64,000 nt of DNA from Macrostomum lignano (lineage: Eukaryota): positions 1 to 64,000 of the forward strand of contig NIVC01000485.1 of NCBI GenBank assembly GCA_002269645.1, in the 5' to 3' direction. Under the pieces are notes generated by a model. The model searched no databases, had not been told where the DNA came from, and worked only from the letters and a program-made list of their open reading frames with translations. The translations under genes and the position numbers were made by a program. How positions within the stretch are numbered: the stretch's first letter is position 1; each line of letters opens with the position of its first letter. Shown here piece after piece: positions 1-13,758 of this stretch.

Positions 1-794
1 GCCAATCTCTTTAGTTGTTAGTCGTATCTCAGCTCAATAGTAGTATTGATGCTATTAATATAGCCGCTGACTATGAAGCTTTGGACAAAGTACAAGCCAA
101 TGACGGACACAAGGAATGGCAGGGGGCGGGCGAGCGGCTGCAGACAGGCAGGGTGGTAGCAGAACAGGCCGCATTGGGTGAGCTTCGGGTCCAGCTCTGG
201 CTCCGTCGATGTCGTCGTTGTCGTAGCCTCCGAAGCATCGTTGACAATTCCGACATCGTCTCCGTCCGAAGCCGAAGTTGTTGGCGTCTCTAGCTGGGTG
301 GCGCCGACTGCCAACTCGTAGTCTCGAGCTCGACTGTTGCCATGCTGATGCTGATCCTGTCGATTGTCAACGATTGACTCGGTGTTGAAGCCTCCAGGCA
401 GGATGGCCAGGCCTGGAAGAAACAGCTGGTGCGGAGTCGGCGGGCAGCTGTGCATTCGCCGATGGCCCAGAGCTGCTCCGTGTTGGTTCTGCTGCTGATG
501 GTGCTGATGATGACGAGGCACGACGCGAGGTCCAGGCGCAAACGAATGCGCTCGAGCCACCGCGGCTGACTTATCAGTAGACGATGCGTGGTTGTGATGA
601 CGATTATTGAGCGGCCCGGCGTCGCTTTTTAGTCGGCGATGACCGTTGGGGGCGGCGGTGCTGTGCTCATGGCCGCCGTTAGGGGCGGCGGTGCTGTGCT
701 CATGGCCGCCGTTAGGGGCGGCGGTGCTGTGCTCATGGCCGCCGTTAGGGGCGGCGGTGCTGTGCTCATGGCCGCCGTTTTGACCCGGCGGCAT
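1..794 (-). CDS. SLCO: SLCO/OATP organic anion transporter, copy 1, 5' part of exon 1 (runs off the window start)
   Basis: Peptide MPPGQNGGHEHSTAAPN...QSFIVSGYINSINTTIE matches copies 2 and 3 and the OATP TM1 / TTIExRY motif. There is a 1-nt deletion near position 22 relative to copy 2. Confidence 0.85.
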
Positions 795-974
795 GTTGCC
801 GCTGGTGTCAAGGATGCTGAATTGGACGCCACAACTGCTAATATTGCGCTGTAAAATTAGTTTTTTTATAGATACTTTTATTATATGATTATTAAAGATT
901 CAGAAACACTACAGATAGAACACAAATCTGTTTGTCTGTCTCTCTTCGAGTCTTAGTGTTTGCTTGTCCGTCCA

Positions 975-1730
975 TCTTCGTGTCTTAGTGCTTCTGTCTG
1001 TCTTCGTGTCTTAGCGCTTCTGTCTGTCTTCGTGTCTTAGTGCTTCTGTCTGTCTTCGTGGTTTAGTGCTTCTGTCTGTCTTCGTGTCTTAGCGCTTCTG
1101 TCTGTCTTCGTGTCTTAGCGCTTCTGTCTGTCTTCGTGTCTTAGCGCTTCTGTCTGTCTTCGTGTCTTAGTGCTTCTGTCTGTCTTCGTGTTTAGTGCTT
1201 CTGTCTGTCTTCGTGTCTTAGCTTCTGTCTGTCTTCGTGTCTTAGCGCTTCTGTCTGTCTTCGTGGTTTAGTGCTTCTGTCTGTCTTCGTGTCTTAGTGC
1301 TTCTGTCTGTCTTCGTGTTTAGTGCTTCTGTCTGTCTTCGTGGTTTAGTGCTTCTGTCTGTCTTCGTGGTTTAGTGCTTCTGTCTGTCTTCGTGTCTTAG
1401 CGCTTCTGTCTGTCTTCGTGGTTTAGTGCTTCTGTCTGTCTTCGTGTCTTAGCGCTTCTGTCTGTCTTCGTGTCTTAGCGCTTCTGTCTGTCTTCGTGGT
1501 TTAGTGCTTCTGTCTGTCTTCGTGTCTTAGCGCTTCTGTCTGTCTTCGTGGTTTAGTGCTTCTGTCTGTCTTCGTGGTTTAGTGCTTCTGTCTGTCTTCG
1601 TGTCTTAGCGCTTCTGTCTGTCTTCGTGTTTTAGTGCTTCTGTCTGTCTTCGTGCTTCTGTCTGTCTTCGTGTCTTAGCGCTTCTGTGCGTATTCGTGTC
1701 TAGCGCTTCTGTCTGTCTTAGTGTCCTGGT
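975..1730. repeat. 26-bp minisatellite upstream of SLCO copy 1
   Basis: Tandem GTCTTCGTG(TC/GT)TTAG(T/C)GCTTCTGTCT; homologous arrays at ~16934-17900 and, inverted, ~26200-26955. Confidence 0.95.
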
Positions 1731-3473
1731 GGTCTGTCTGTCTGTTTTAGTTTCGTGGTGTTTCTGTCTGTCTGTCTTTGTGTCCGTTTGTCTGCTTTTC
1801 AATCGGCCTTTTAGAACTTTACATGACAGTAACATGCTACATACTCGTACATATCATATCTGTCTACGATACATCTGAGAAGTGTTTTCAAAATATTTCA
1901 AGATACGAGAGCACATACTTTTCTTATGTTTTAGCGATAAATATAACTATTATGTTTTGAAGCGCAAAACGATTAGGTAACCTCAGACTGTCACTATCTA
2001 TTGCGTATGGTGAGTGTATAATATAATATTTTATATATAATATAATTAGACCAAGAAAACAGGCTTATAAAGATAAATAAGGCAACCTTATTTATGAGTA
2101 TTGGTAAAAGTCTTGAGAAAAATTAAAATTGCGAGCATAATCGAAGATAAACTAAATAAAACTGCATATTTAATTGTATGGAATATACAGACTGCAGTAA
2201 AAGCTCTAGTGCAGTGCTTCCACAGCCGGAACTAAGCCTATCAAAAAAGCCCTCTCCCCCCCCACCTGACAACGCCCTAGCAACGGCATGAATAAAGTCT
2301 AACAGGCAGACAATGTTAGCTCAGTGCTAGCAGAACATGAGTATAGGAGAGATATAAGGGGGTAAGAGAGAAAATAAGAGTAAACAGTGTGCTGGACTCG
2401 CACGGATTTACTGTGGGCACACCACACACACAATGAGCTTGAGCACAGGATTTTAGCAAAATGTGTAATGCGTAAAGCTAGGTTTTAGTGAAACATAAAA
2501 GTACACAGAGTGTTTTCCTCCCTTCTCTCACTCTGCCTGATTAGGTAAGCAGTTCAAATTTAAGGGCGGAAAATCACGTGAATCGGTCTAGGGATTCAGG
2601 TATATATTAAAACAAAAACAACTAGCTACCGGGCTACGGGCAATAAAAAAACAAAAAAAGTACTGAGAAGTGAGAAAGCAGTAACAGGTGCTTGGCTAGC
2701 AGTATATAGCAGTGATTTCTAAGCCAAAGATTGGGCCTACAAAAATTCACCCAGTCTTTGTGATAAGTCTCCCTTGAGGGTTCTCTCTTTCACAAAAACT
2801 CGCAAATTACTTTCTGCCAGCTTTACGCGCTCTGAAAAAAGTTTTGCACGTCCTTTCGTTTGGACTTTGGATTGACGCGTCGCTTTTTATGAGTATATGG
2901 TCGCGAAAATCGTGCCTGCACCCTTTCCTCTCGTTCTGTCCCTTCGTCCTACATAATCAGTGAACAACTGATGTTCTTGTAGGCCTAGGGGGTATTGAAA
3001 TTATCGATCCGTTTTCAACCCCCTTATCTTTCTTTTCTTGCCTCCCCCTCCCTCTGTGTTGGCCTCTTGTCACTTTAATTATTTTATTGCCCTTGTATTG
3101 ATCAACCACCCCTTCCTTTAAAAAACTAAATTAACTATCTAGGTCTTGCACTTCGCTTGGGTTCTCATTTGGGTTGGTGGGTCCATGAGAATTGCCCGCT
3201 GACGAATTGCAATTCACTCGCGAGCAAATCTCGGCGGGCAATTCTCATGCTCCCCGTTGGGGTCTTGTCGTGACTCGTGATGCTTTTCTATCTAACTGTA
3301 CTTTCTTACTTCCAATCATAACAAAAACTTTAAAGCGATCAAGCTCCGAAAATGCTGGCAACGCCTATCATGAAATCGAAATAATCACAAACCTGAAATA
3401 TCATAACACTGAACTGCTAACAACGCTAAACGCTGTATTGTTTTTGGAATTACGAGTTTCAGTTTTAAGATAA

Positions 3474-5804
3474 TGTAGTGTACGCCCACTCTATGCCTTT
3501 ACTCTTCTGTGATGACTAACCATAGCCCTCTCGACCAACGTGCACTGCCACTTGTCCCTCAACTATTGCGTAACATTGTAGCCGCACGTCGGCGGTGATA
3601 CTATATAGTAGCTCAAATATACGGTCCAAGAGACCATGATTTTCTCAGCACACAAGCGCACTACAATGGCGTCGCGAGCAAGCCTACCCACACCGCCCAC
3701 ATTGAACTTGCGCGAAGAGCCCCATGCGGCACATACGAAGTGGAGCAAGTGGCTGGCTCATTTCCAGCTGTTCGCCGCGGCTGCTGACATCTCTGACAAG
3801 AAGCGACTTCGCCAACTCCTATACACAGCGGGCGAGGACCTGCAGGCCATTGCAGCCGGACTCGCCGACACCGGTGATGACGTCGACAAGCTCATCAAGG
3901 CTCTCAATGAGCACTTCACCAGCCAGCTCAACCTGCCCTTCACCCGCTACCAGTTCCGGCTGTGCACCCAGCAGACCGGAGAGTCCCTGGACGACTGGCT
4001 GCGGCGGCTCAACAACACCGCGGACTGCTGCAAATTCGAAGGCCTCCGGGACTCGCTGATCCGCAACCAGCTGATCGCCGGCTGTAGCTCCGAGCAGCTC
4101 CGCAGGAAGCTGCTGGCCATGGACAACGTGGACCTGGGCAGGCGGTCCGGGTGGCCAGAGCCATGGAGGCAGCGGAGTCGCAGGCCAGCCTCATGGAGAC
4201 CAGCGCAGCGACCGTGCATCGGTTGCGGAAGCTCGAGTTCAGCCCGCCAGGGCAGCCGCAGAGATCAGCCACGCAGACAGCCGATCGCACGCAGCCAAAG
4301 TGCATCCGCTGCGGCAACTTCGGCCACCGCAGCTGCAGCGCAGCGGTAGGCAAGACCTGCAACCGATGCGGCAAGCCAAATCACCTCGCCAAGGCCTGCC
4401 TGTCCCGGCCGGAGGACGTGCGAGCTCTGCGGCTCGGCAGCGACAGTTCAGGCGAAGAGGACGACGTATTCTGCCTGACCGTGATGGCCTCAGACACGAA
4501 CGCAACAGCGGCTCTTGCCACGGTGCTGGTAGAAGCGACTCCAGTGCAGGTGCTGGTGGACAGCGGAGCCGACTGTAACATTCTCACTGAGGCAGCCTGG
4601 CGAGAGCTCCCGGGACCCCCAGGCCTTCAGCCGACGACAAAGAAGATTTTATCATTTCGATCAGCTAAACCTCTGCGCACTGTGGGAGCCTGCAGCCTGC
4701 AGGTTTCGGTTGGCTCAATGGTCCGACTTCATCATCGTCAGTCCAGGGACCGGCACCAGCGTGCTCGGCCGTGCAACCTCGACATCCCTGCAGCTGCTGA
4801 GTCTGGGGACGCAGGCCCGGGCACCGGCCAGAGAGGCAACAAGTCTGAGCGATTCTCCAAACGCGCAACCAGTCCAGGACAACGTACCGCTGCAGCAGCT
4901 CAACTCCGTCAAGTCCGCACCGGAAGGCCCGAACATCAAGAGCGTCCGCGATGCCACAGCTGGGGACCTGGCTCTGACCTTCGTCATGCAGGCGTTGGCA
5001 ACTGGCAACTGGCGCTCCGGCGCTACAGCCCAGGACGGCAGCTTCCACTCGCTCAAGGATGAGCTCCAGGTGCGTGATGGCGTGCTGCTCAGGGGCAACA
5101 GAATCGTTGTACCCGCAGCGCTTCAGCAGCAGACCATCAGTTGGGCCCACCAGGGTCAATTCGGCAGGAGGAAGGCCATCGACCAGCTGCGGGGGAGTCA
5201 AGGAGACGCCAGCGCCAGGACATCGGAGGCGTTGGCGCGAGCGAGACGCTCTCAGCCGGCCAACAGCGGCCGGCAGACACAGCAGACGTTCAGCAGCCGT
5301 CCGAGCCCGGCTGGAAGCTGGTGACCAGACGGCGCACGCCGCTAATTTCGATCGGCGCTCCGCCAGGTGACCGAAGGGTGCGACGGCATTTGGGAGGTCC
5401 ACTGGCCGCACGACAGCACGTCAGCAAACCACAAGGCCAGCAAAACAGAGCCTCATCCTACTAACTGCAGACTGCAGACTACTAATTATCACATGTACAT
5501 GCAAACGTAAATTTCACTCAACGGCTGACTAACACAACTGTTCCGAAATCTCGTTTCGTTAATCTCCGTTAATCGAATTACAGACTTTGTACTTTTTTGG
5601 TTAGGGGAGAGATGTAGTGTACGCCCACTCTATGCCTTTACTCTTCTGTGATGACTAACCATAGCCCTCTCGACCAACGTGCACTGCCACTTGACCCTCA
5701 ACTATTGCGTAACATTGTAGTCGCACGTCGGCAGTGATACTATATAGTAGCTCAAATATACGGTCCAAGAGATCATGATTTTCTCAGCACACAAGCGCAC
5801 TACA
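3474..5804 (+). mobile_element. Internally deleted (non-autonomous) Ty3/gypsy LTR retrotransposon, Mag-like
   Basis: 192-bp TG..CA LTRs at 3474-3665 and 5613-5804 (4 mismatches), 5-bp TSD GATAA (3469-3473, 5805-5809), PBS-like TGGCGTCGCGAGC after the 5' LTR, PPT AGGGGAGAGA at 5603-5612. Confidence 0.93.
3666..5170 (+). pseudogene. gag - aspartic protease - integrase Zn-domain remnant of the LTR element; RT, RNase H and integrase core absent
   Basis: Gag-like RYQFRLCTQQTGESLDDW, two CCHC knuckles (CIRCGNFGHRSC, CNRCGKPNHLAKAC), protease VLVDSGADCNIL, then LKDELQVRDGVLLRGNRIVVP...WAHQG. Frameshift near 4135 is present in both copies. Confidence 0.85.
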
Positions 5805-7213
5805 GATAATACAGATAATACTACAGATAATGGGCGTTGCTAGCACTTTCGGTGTTGTGATATTTTGGCTTTGTGATCGATTGTGATGCCCCCCCCACAA
5901 GTGAATATCAGTGTTTCTCCTACAATTATTATTTAATGTTCTCTGCTTTTGAAACTTCTTCCAAAAACAGCCAAAAGGCAAGAGAAGCGATAAGACTTGC
6001 TAATTGTCATAGAGATTAGATAGGGAGGGGCCTTATACATTTATCAGTGCAGTGCACTTAGCTATGAGATTTTCACAATATCTGAAGCACTTATTTAGCA
6101 CAGTGCCTCAGAAAGTAAATGAAATGCAATAAGTCTGAGCTTACTAGTACATGCTTCACTGTACTATAACTGTTTAAAGGCTGTAATTACCATGGAAACG
6201 AGGCAGACAGTTTTGCAAATAAAGACAGCTTTAATAATAGCAGTTCTAAAGAACAAGTGTTTAATACTTTGTGCGTGAATCAATGGCAATGGCAAAAATG
6301 GAAAACTATGAATTATACTATAATAACAATTTTTATTTTGAAGGAAATGGTCATATTTCTTAGTAGGGCCATATTAAGAGTGTCATATCAATTTCACAGA
6401 AAATTTGCACCCTGAGAAACCAGGGATTTTTTGGCTAAAACCCTAGGGTAAGGTCCCTAATAAAGAATGTATAGACATAAAAAATGTATCCATTCAAAGT
6501 TCAAAACCAAAAGATTAAAGAAAGCTACAGATGTGTAGTAGTTTGACTTTGTACATTAAAAGTTGTCAAACTCTAGCCTGTGGGTCCTTTGAAACTTCAC
6601 AATAGCAATCTAAACTTACTTAAGGTTGTGTCTTTTATCAGCTCCCTACTTTCCAATTTCTTCCTCTCTCTTTCATTCTTTTTTATCCTTTTTTATCTCT
6701 TTATTCCTCTTTCTAATTTTTTCCTTTTTTCCATTTCTATATTTGAATTCCTAAGTATGGCTATCTTTCTTCTCCTATATTCCCTAACTTATTTTCCTAT
6801 CTGTTTTCTTTCTCCTCTTTTCCCTTTTTCTAACCATTAGCAAATGTTTATTTGACTGCGTAACTGCTAGTATAGTAATAATATTATGTAAAGTATAAAA
6901 CTCACTAGAAGAAAAATAAATAGCTCCCTAGGGTTAGCATCCCTAGACCACATCATTATAGTAAAAGTCACAATAAGAAATCTATCCTAACAAAATCTAC
7001 AATTCTATCAACTTTGCCTATCTATGATAATTGGCATATTTATAATTGTTATCAATTGTCTGTTTGGCATAACTATAATTATAATACAATTATATTAATT
7101 AGAATATTATTGTATTCATAGTCTGGATCATGTTGTCTATATACCTAAACAAAAATTGAATAAATTTATAAATGCACACCAAAAATATTTGAGTGCATAC
7201 CTACACTCCCAAA

Positions 7214-7686
7214 TAGTGCTGCCACTCAACATAATTATTTTTTGCACAGGGTAAAAAAATTGCCTAGATAGAAACCAAAGCTGATTGTTAGTAAAATGAA
7301 GAAAAAAATTAAGAAATTCAGTCTAAGGACTCCAGCATCCTTTTTTCTTGTCATATTTTTTCTAAGTCAAAACTTTCAAATCCTTAAAAACTCTTTCCTA
7401 AATGAATCAAATGATAAATCAAATGCTTAATTTTTGAAAATGAACAAAGTAGTATGAAAATTGCGTGTTTTATTTTAAGTGCAAACAAAGAGTAGCCATA
7501 ACTGAAAAGTGAAATATCAATTTATCATCATTTGAAGTGGAATTGAACATTTTGCTACTGACAGATTTTTAACAATCCAAAGTCTGATTTGCATAGAAAT
7601 TTAAGGTCTTGCATATTATTTGCACATTTGTGCAGAAAATTAAATCTTGCACACTGCGAAAAATTTGCGCAGCTGTGGCAGCACTG
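7214..7686. mobile_element. Degenerate hAT-like MITE (second copy 23388-23860)
   Basis: Inverted termini (T/C)AGTGCTGCCAC; 8-bp flanks CTCCCAAA / CTTTTAAA match only partly. Confidence 0.5.
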
Positions 7687-8280
7687 CTTTTAAATCTAGG
7701 CTAGTGTTAGAACAATAAATGACCTTTTTTGTTTTGAATAAATGACCTTTTTGGCTAATAATTTAGTTGACTATTTTTATCTTTTTTGCTTATACTATTT
7801 TACTTGTAGCAGAAAATTGATACCCATAAACATTTGTTCAAATGCCTTATTACAAGCTTAAAAACTGGAAGAAAGCTTAAAATTTATGCAAAATTTGATT
7901 CTTTAAAATGCATACCAAGTGTATATATATATTATTTTCTTAGGAGGAGTAATACGCACAAACTATACATGTCTATTTTTTGGCATACAAGGACAATGTA
8001 CACCCAAATTTTTTGGGCATATATTATAAGACCCAAATGGCTAAAGTGTGGCCATTGCCCATTGGCTAAATAAAACAAATGCTAAATAAAACAAAAAATT
8101 AAGCATGTCTACAACTGTTTCAATTGATCAATAACTATTGAATAAGCCTAGTTTAATACTTGATCAACAAAATTTTTCTTTATTCTATCTGTTTTTCATG
8201 TGCCATTTGACATATGCTGATATGCCTAGCTTAGACTTAGACCCCGAACTATTTCCTAATATAGTAATAGTAATAGGGTT

Positions 8281-9511
8281 TAGTGCTCCGCCGTAGCCGT
8301 AGCTACGGCTACGGGATCCTACGGCAAATACGGTAAAATAGGTGCCTACGGCAGCTACGGATACGCCTACGGTAGCTAGCTGCTCTTACGGCTACGTCTA
8401 CGGAAATATGGTATTTGCTGTCACATTCCGTAGATTCCCGTAGCCATAGTTATTAATGTTAAAAATTGATAAAAATATTAGAAACAGGTAGAGTAAAACA
8501 AATATACATTTAGTAAACTGTATTATCAACCTAGAAACTTATAGAATATACCTGAAAAAGTACAATAAAACACTAGCAAACTCTAATTTTTATTAATGTA
8601 AAAAATTTTAGCGTTAGTACTTTCAGTAACAATTAAGTATTGTTGCTCTGAAAAAAGACGAAATATAATCTTACAAAGGCAATCGAGTGTTTCTTTTATT
8701 TTCTAATTTAATTTGCAGTTGTTTAAGCACTAGGTTATCGTCTTGATTCAAAATATTTTACTTTTTAGTCTTTTTGTTAAAACTACGGCTATGGGAACTA
8801 TGGGAATATGGTAATTTCGGGGTCCTTACGGCCAATGTGCGGATCATGTACCCGTGTACGCCGGAAAAAATTTGGGCGTCAAGGACTTTGTACGCCAGTG
8901 TACGCCAAAAACAAAAAGTTGCACTAAAATGTACACCAAAAGTTCCTAAAAAAGGGTCATTCGGTTTTCACGAGTAGAGTTTTCTAGGAAAGGCTTTCGT
9001 ATGAAAAGTGTCTTTAAAATATTACGAATATTGTCAGTTTAAACAAACTTAAATAACACCTACAAAAAATATCATGCAAAGTTAATACTTTCAGCAAAAT
9101 TTTACACTAATTTTATTTTTTTTTAGCTTAAAATAAGCAAAAAGTTTATCACTGACGATATAAATTTTCCTTTACTTTACGTAAAAACATTAATTTACAT
9201 TACAATTTTCATGCACGGCATGAATTGATTCACTAAAAAATTTGTACGCCAAAAAAGTATGCGTGGCTGTGTTACTTGTGTACGCCAATACGCAATAGTG
9301 TACGCCACCAAAGTGCGCCAAGGGTTGTGTATGCCGATTGTGTACGCCAAGGACTGAGGGTGGCCGTTTTGTATGCCAGAAAAGTTCTGGTGTATATGCA
9401 TACCATCCGCAACCTGGCCCTACGGCTACGGATACAGAGAATTGGAATAAGCCGTAGTTTTGCTTATGGCTACGGCTACGGTACATGGACCCTCTTTACA
9501 GCGGAACACTA
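8281..9511. mobile_element. Non-autonomous hAT DNA transposon (1231 bp)
   Basis: 11-bp TIRs TAGTGCTCCGC / GCGGAACACTA, perfect 8-bp TSD ATAGGGTT (8273-8280, 9512-9519), subterminal CTACGG/CCGTAG and TGTACGCC repeats. Partial copy at 24455-24771. Confidence 0.9.
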
Positions 9512-10256
9512 ATAGGGTTCATAAATAAAATGTAATTTTTAAAATTTGTTTTACAATATAAACTAATTCAAAGGCTTACTAATATTATAATTTAGATAAA
9601 CTAGCATAAATGTATAAAATGAGCAATTGATATAACATTTTACCACCTGAATAAAGTCTTGTTTAAAAGAAACAAGCAGAACTTCAATTCAAAAAGTTCT
9701 TTAAAAAATAGGAAAGACTTAGGAAAATGAGCCCAAACAAATTTGTTGGGGACAACACTTAACTATTACGCAAAATTTAGCTCTACCCTTTGCCTTTGCT
9801 ACTAGGCCTACATCACCTATGTGTATGTCAGATATTCACTTGAAACTGAAGCTGAAAACAGACACGAGACACCCCAAATCAAATGTTTGAATTAAAAGAA
9901 AATACGAGCTATTAGCTTTCCAAGCTACAAAAATAGCTTTCTTAACTTAATCCTTCATGGTTGACAGCTGTATGTCTCCGGTCTATCGGCCGGCGGTCTA
10001 CCTTACGGTCTAAATGAAGCTAACATTTCTAATTTAAGTTTAAAGCGTAATCTTGTAGAGTTCATAGAAATAAACACATTTGAAAAAGGACTAAGAAACA
10101 TGCAGTATATAAAAATATCTACGTAAGAAATAAAATAGTTATTTATACTATCAATGAGTTTATAAAAGTTTTATAAAAATAAAAGAATCAAATTTTGATA
10201 CAACTTTAACGCTAAAGCTTTAAACTATTTAAATTTTTAAAGTAGATTGCAGTGTC

Positions 10257-12502
10257 GGGTCGTTCTCAAAGCTAGGTCACAACTTTTTGTTATTGCAAAA
10301 AAAGTTTATACATCGACCAATAATCGTACAAAAAAAATTATTTCGACAATTTCTGTAAGAAGCTGCTACTAAAACCACAAGAAAACTTGAAATTGAGAAG
10401 AAATCAAGGCTATTTGTTATTCTTTGTTGCGGAAAATAAACGACAAAAATATTAAAGAGAAAATAAAATTTTCTTCTATTTTTATTTTAAATATGCAGTT
10501 AAATTTCTTTTGCAAAAATAAAAGAACAAGAAATTGACAAAGGAAATGTTTTTGAGCACAGCATTTTGTTACTCTGCTCTAAATCCCAGACATTTAAAAT
10601 TATCGTGTGCGAAAAAGTGCGAAATTATTATAGCATGCACTCGAAAGGACTTCGATCAGTTTAACTAATCACTGAATTAAGAAGTCTAAATAAGTCTTGA
10701 AAGGTTGAATTAAAAATCAAGTTTTCACTATGTATATTTTCAAAGTCAAGATGATTCGACAAATAAAGAATGTTCATTTTTACGGTGAATAGAATTGTTC
10801 ATTTTTACATTAAATATAATAAAATCTAACTAATAATAGAAAAAGTCAGGGAACTATCCTTGAACACCAAAAAGCACATTGTGGATTTAATATCAACTGC
10901 ATGTTCCTTAATAAAGGAATTCGGATTCTAGTATATATTTGATTATTTGTAGCATAATTTCTGAAAACTATAACTTGCTTGATTTTACTTTAAGTACTTA
11001 TTACATTAATACTTATACCAAAGCTACATGTACTTAAAATAAAAAATTATAGTTACTTATTAGACATTTTACTCCAATTAACTTGAAATAATTCAAATTT
11101 ATTTTAATTAATTCATTTTTTGAAACTTTTTGGAAAATAGACAAAATTGAATTATTTAATTACCAAAAACCTACTAGCTTAACTAAAATAGCAATTAGTC
11201 TTTAAGAAAAGAATTCACTTGTTAATTGAGAAAAATGAGGATGTGCGAGGTGTAAAAATGCGAAAGAGTATGCAGGAAACAGAGACAAACAAAAATGTAG
11301 GTAAAAGACACTGCACATGCACATAATATGATAACCAGACATAATGTCACGTTATTGGCGTAGCGGCCAGCTATGCGGTGACCCTTAAAAGGGCCGTTTT
11401 AGTCCCAAAATAAGTTGAAGTCAATTCTTGTAAAGCGGATTTTGTAGCGGAGCACTTGGCGATAAAGGCAGGAACTGCCGTAGTTGTCTTTATTGTTAAT
11501 ATCAGTATTAAGCTTGGTTGTTACTGGCAATAAACAGACTATAGCTTTCTGGGCACTGGCGGCTGCAACAATGGGTTGAATATAATTTGGATATGAAGTC
11601 AAGTGGCAGGCGAATGACACAATGGCGACGTGACGTGAGCAGTGGCTATGAGCACAGTGAAGGCAGTGAAACGTAGTGGCGAGTTGGCGTCGGTCGTGGC
11701 GTGAAACAGTCAAGTAAGTGTGTGAGCAGGCTGGCCCAGACAGAAGGGCCGTGGTGAGAAATAAGGAGGCTCGAGGCAGCCAGACAAACAGATAAGACAG
11801 CTAAGAGGCCGCAGGGAAGGAAACAAGGAACAAGCGGGGAGTGCCGCCGCCAGGCGGGGGGGGGTTTAATAAAAGAGCGCAGAGGGGGGTAGCGCGAGCA
11901 CGAGTGATTTCATTGGCTGGCGAGAGAACTTAAAATTATCGATCGTGCCAATTTTATACGGTTGCGAGAGAGGATAGCAAAATATACAATGAATTATAAA
12001 TTGCCACAAAATCGTTGGGCACTACTACAAGTAAACGTCGCAATAAACGAATGGAAAAGTTTAGTTGAAACGGTGAAACTGAAGGGTTGAATGACTATGG
12101 AGAACAGCAGTCCAACGGCCCTTTTCGGGACCACCTTAAACTGACAACGTCACAATAATGCGCACACTGAAACACCAGTAGCAATGACGCCCAAGCTTTT
12201 GATGATCACAAGCGAAAAGGCAAAACCCAGCCATCAATCAAAGAAGTAGACTTTAGCACGCATCTTGAGTGCATCACGCATTTTTTGCAGAGAAGCTCGA
12301 AAATTAACATTGTATTCTGTGCACAACCACCAACTGCGACAGGGTCTGCCGGGGGATTTGTGGGCACGCGGTCGCGGATACAAATCGGAGGAGTCGCTGA
12401 CCATTCTGAAATTACTAGCTAGTACATGTAATTTTGTGTATTAATATATTTAGCCCGCTTTATTTCTATGCTCTCGTCCGCCTCTCCTTAATGCATCCCC
12501 AG
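10257..12502. mobile_element. 2.24-kb non-coding interspersed repeat, copy A (copy B 42001-44244)
   Basis: Near-identical to copy B from GGGTCGTTCTCAAAGC to ATGCATCCCCAG, with unrelated flanks; class undetermined. Confidence 0.85.
11345..12154. mobile_element. Solo LTR (810 bp) nested in the 2.24-kb repeat (copy at 43089-43896)
   Basis: TGTCACGTT...AACGTCACA imperfect inverted ends, 4-bp TSD ATAA on both sides, internal AATAAA. Confidence 0.75.
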
Positions 12503-13533
12503 ACAGTGCTGGGCGTTAACTAGTTAATTGTTTAACTAGTTAATTAACTAGTTAAATTTTTTTTAAAAATCGTTAAATTTTCGTTAAATTTTTTATGTAT
12601 TAACTATTTAACAAAAATCGTAAATTTTTTTCTGTAAGTTAAAGTTAAATGACAAAAGTTAATAATTCCGGGAAATAGAGTTCGCCGGGTTCAAAATGCG
12701 CGGGTTTCAACAGCTTGTATGCCATTAAAAAGTAAAATTAATACATACATAAAATAACTTCGCCTTTCTAAGCATTATTTAACGCGTCACAAACTATTAC
12801 ATGTATATAATTTCAGTTACAAGTTATAATGTATAGAATATTCCGGAAGATTCTGGAATCTTCAACTATTATCTATTGATATTCTACTCAAGGACTACTA
12901 GAAGTTATCGTTGTACATAGGGATGTCGATTCCCCGGGGAATTTTCTTATCGGGGACCCGGGTAATTTACTGTCATTCCCCGGGGACCCCGGGGACTCCG
13001 GGGAAAAAATAAGTAAAAAACGGCGGATAACTTAGATCTTAAGTCACTAAGTGGCATTTCTTAAACTTTGATTAAAGCTTTGGATGGACTACATGTTCAA
13101 GGCGCAAGGGTAAAAACTTAAGGCAATGTTTGTTTAAAACTGTATTTGACAACGTGGCATCACCAAATCGTGCGCGCACCTTTATCAGAAAGGGTCCAGA
13201 CTCCGGAGGCGGAAAATGCATACTCAGCAGCTGCAGTCGAGGGAGGATAATTAATGAATGAGACTGTTTTTATAATCGGAATTTTAATTTCTTGCAGATA
13301 CATGTAAATCACCATTTTGTCCTGTCTAATAGGGAGTATTTTGTTATTGTATGACACCCCCCTATGCGTCAGTGACTGACGCAGGATATAGCGCTGTGCC
13401 TGCGTCAAATGCGTCAAGCCATCAACGCAGACCAACACAATAGTCAGTAAGGCTTCTTTTTCCTGACGGGTTTCTACGCTCGTACGTTCAATTTGCTTGA
13501 TTGAAAGACTCATAGTGAAAAAAACATTCAAAC

Positions 13534-13758
13534 GGGTCGCTTTCATAAGACCGAAATTTCACAACGCCGAAAAGCACTACCCTTCACAAGACCGAAACTT
13601 CAAAAGACCGAAACTTCACAACGCCGAAAATTCTGCATGCAATACAATCCTTATTGTAAGGTTTTCTACGATGTGAAATTTCGATCTTATGAAGTTTCGG
13701 TCTTGTGAAGTATGGTGTTTCGGCGTTGTGAAATTTCGGTCTTATGAACCCCCCCCCC
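13534..13758. mobile_element. Small foldback/MULE-like MITE
   Basis: 31-bp perfect inverted repeat TTCATAAGACCGAAATTTCACAACGCCGAAA (13542 / ending 13748); flanking direct repeat CATTCAAACG (13525-13534, 13759-13768). Confidence 0.7.

Larger units (their letters stand above)
1..8598. repeat. Segmental direct repeat, equivalent to 15956-24771
   Basis: Base-by-base match by eye (offset ~15955 to ~16173); differences are mostly small indels and minisatellite copy number. Confidence 0.95.

Noticed and set aside
975-1730. CRISPR-like appearance of this and other tandem arrays
   Set aside because: Units are contiguous with no unique spacers, there are no cas genes, and the context is eukaryotic.
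6580-6840. Hydrophobic 86-aa ORF (and copy 22754-23014)
   Set aside because: T/C-rich low-complexity DNA; a homopolymer differs between copies; no recognisable motif.
10257-12502. Helitron or Harbinger identity for the 2.24-kb repeat
   Set aside because: No shared TC...CTAG ends with an A/T target, and no TWA TSD or true TIRs.
12504-12990. hAT-like starts CAGTGCTGGGC (12504) and TAGGGATG (~12919)
   Set aside because: No partner TIR or TSD found before the 13880 breakpoint, so not called as elements.
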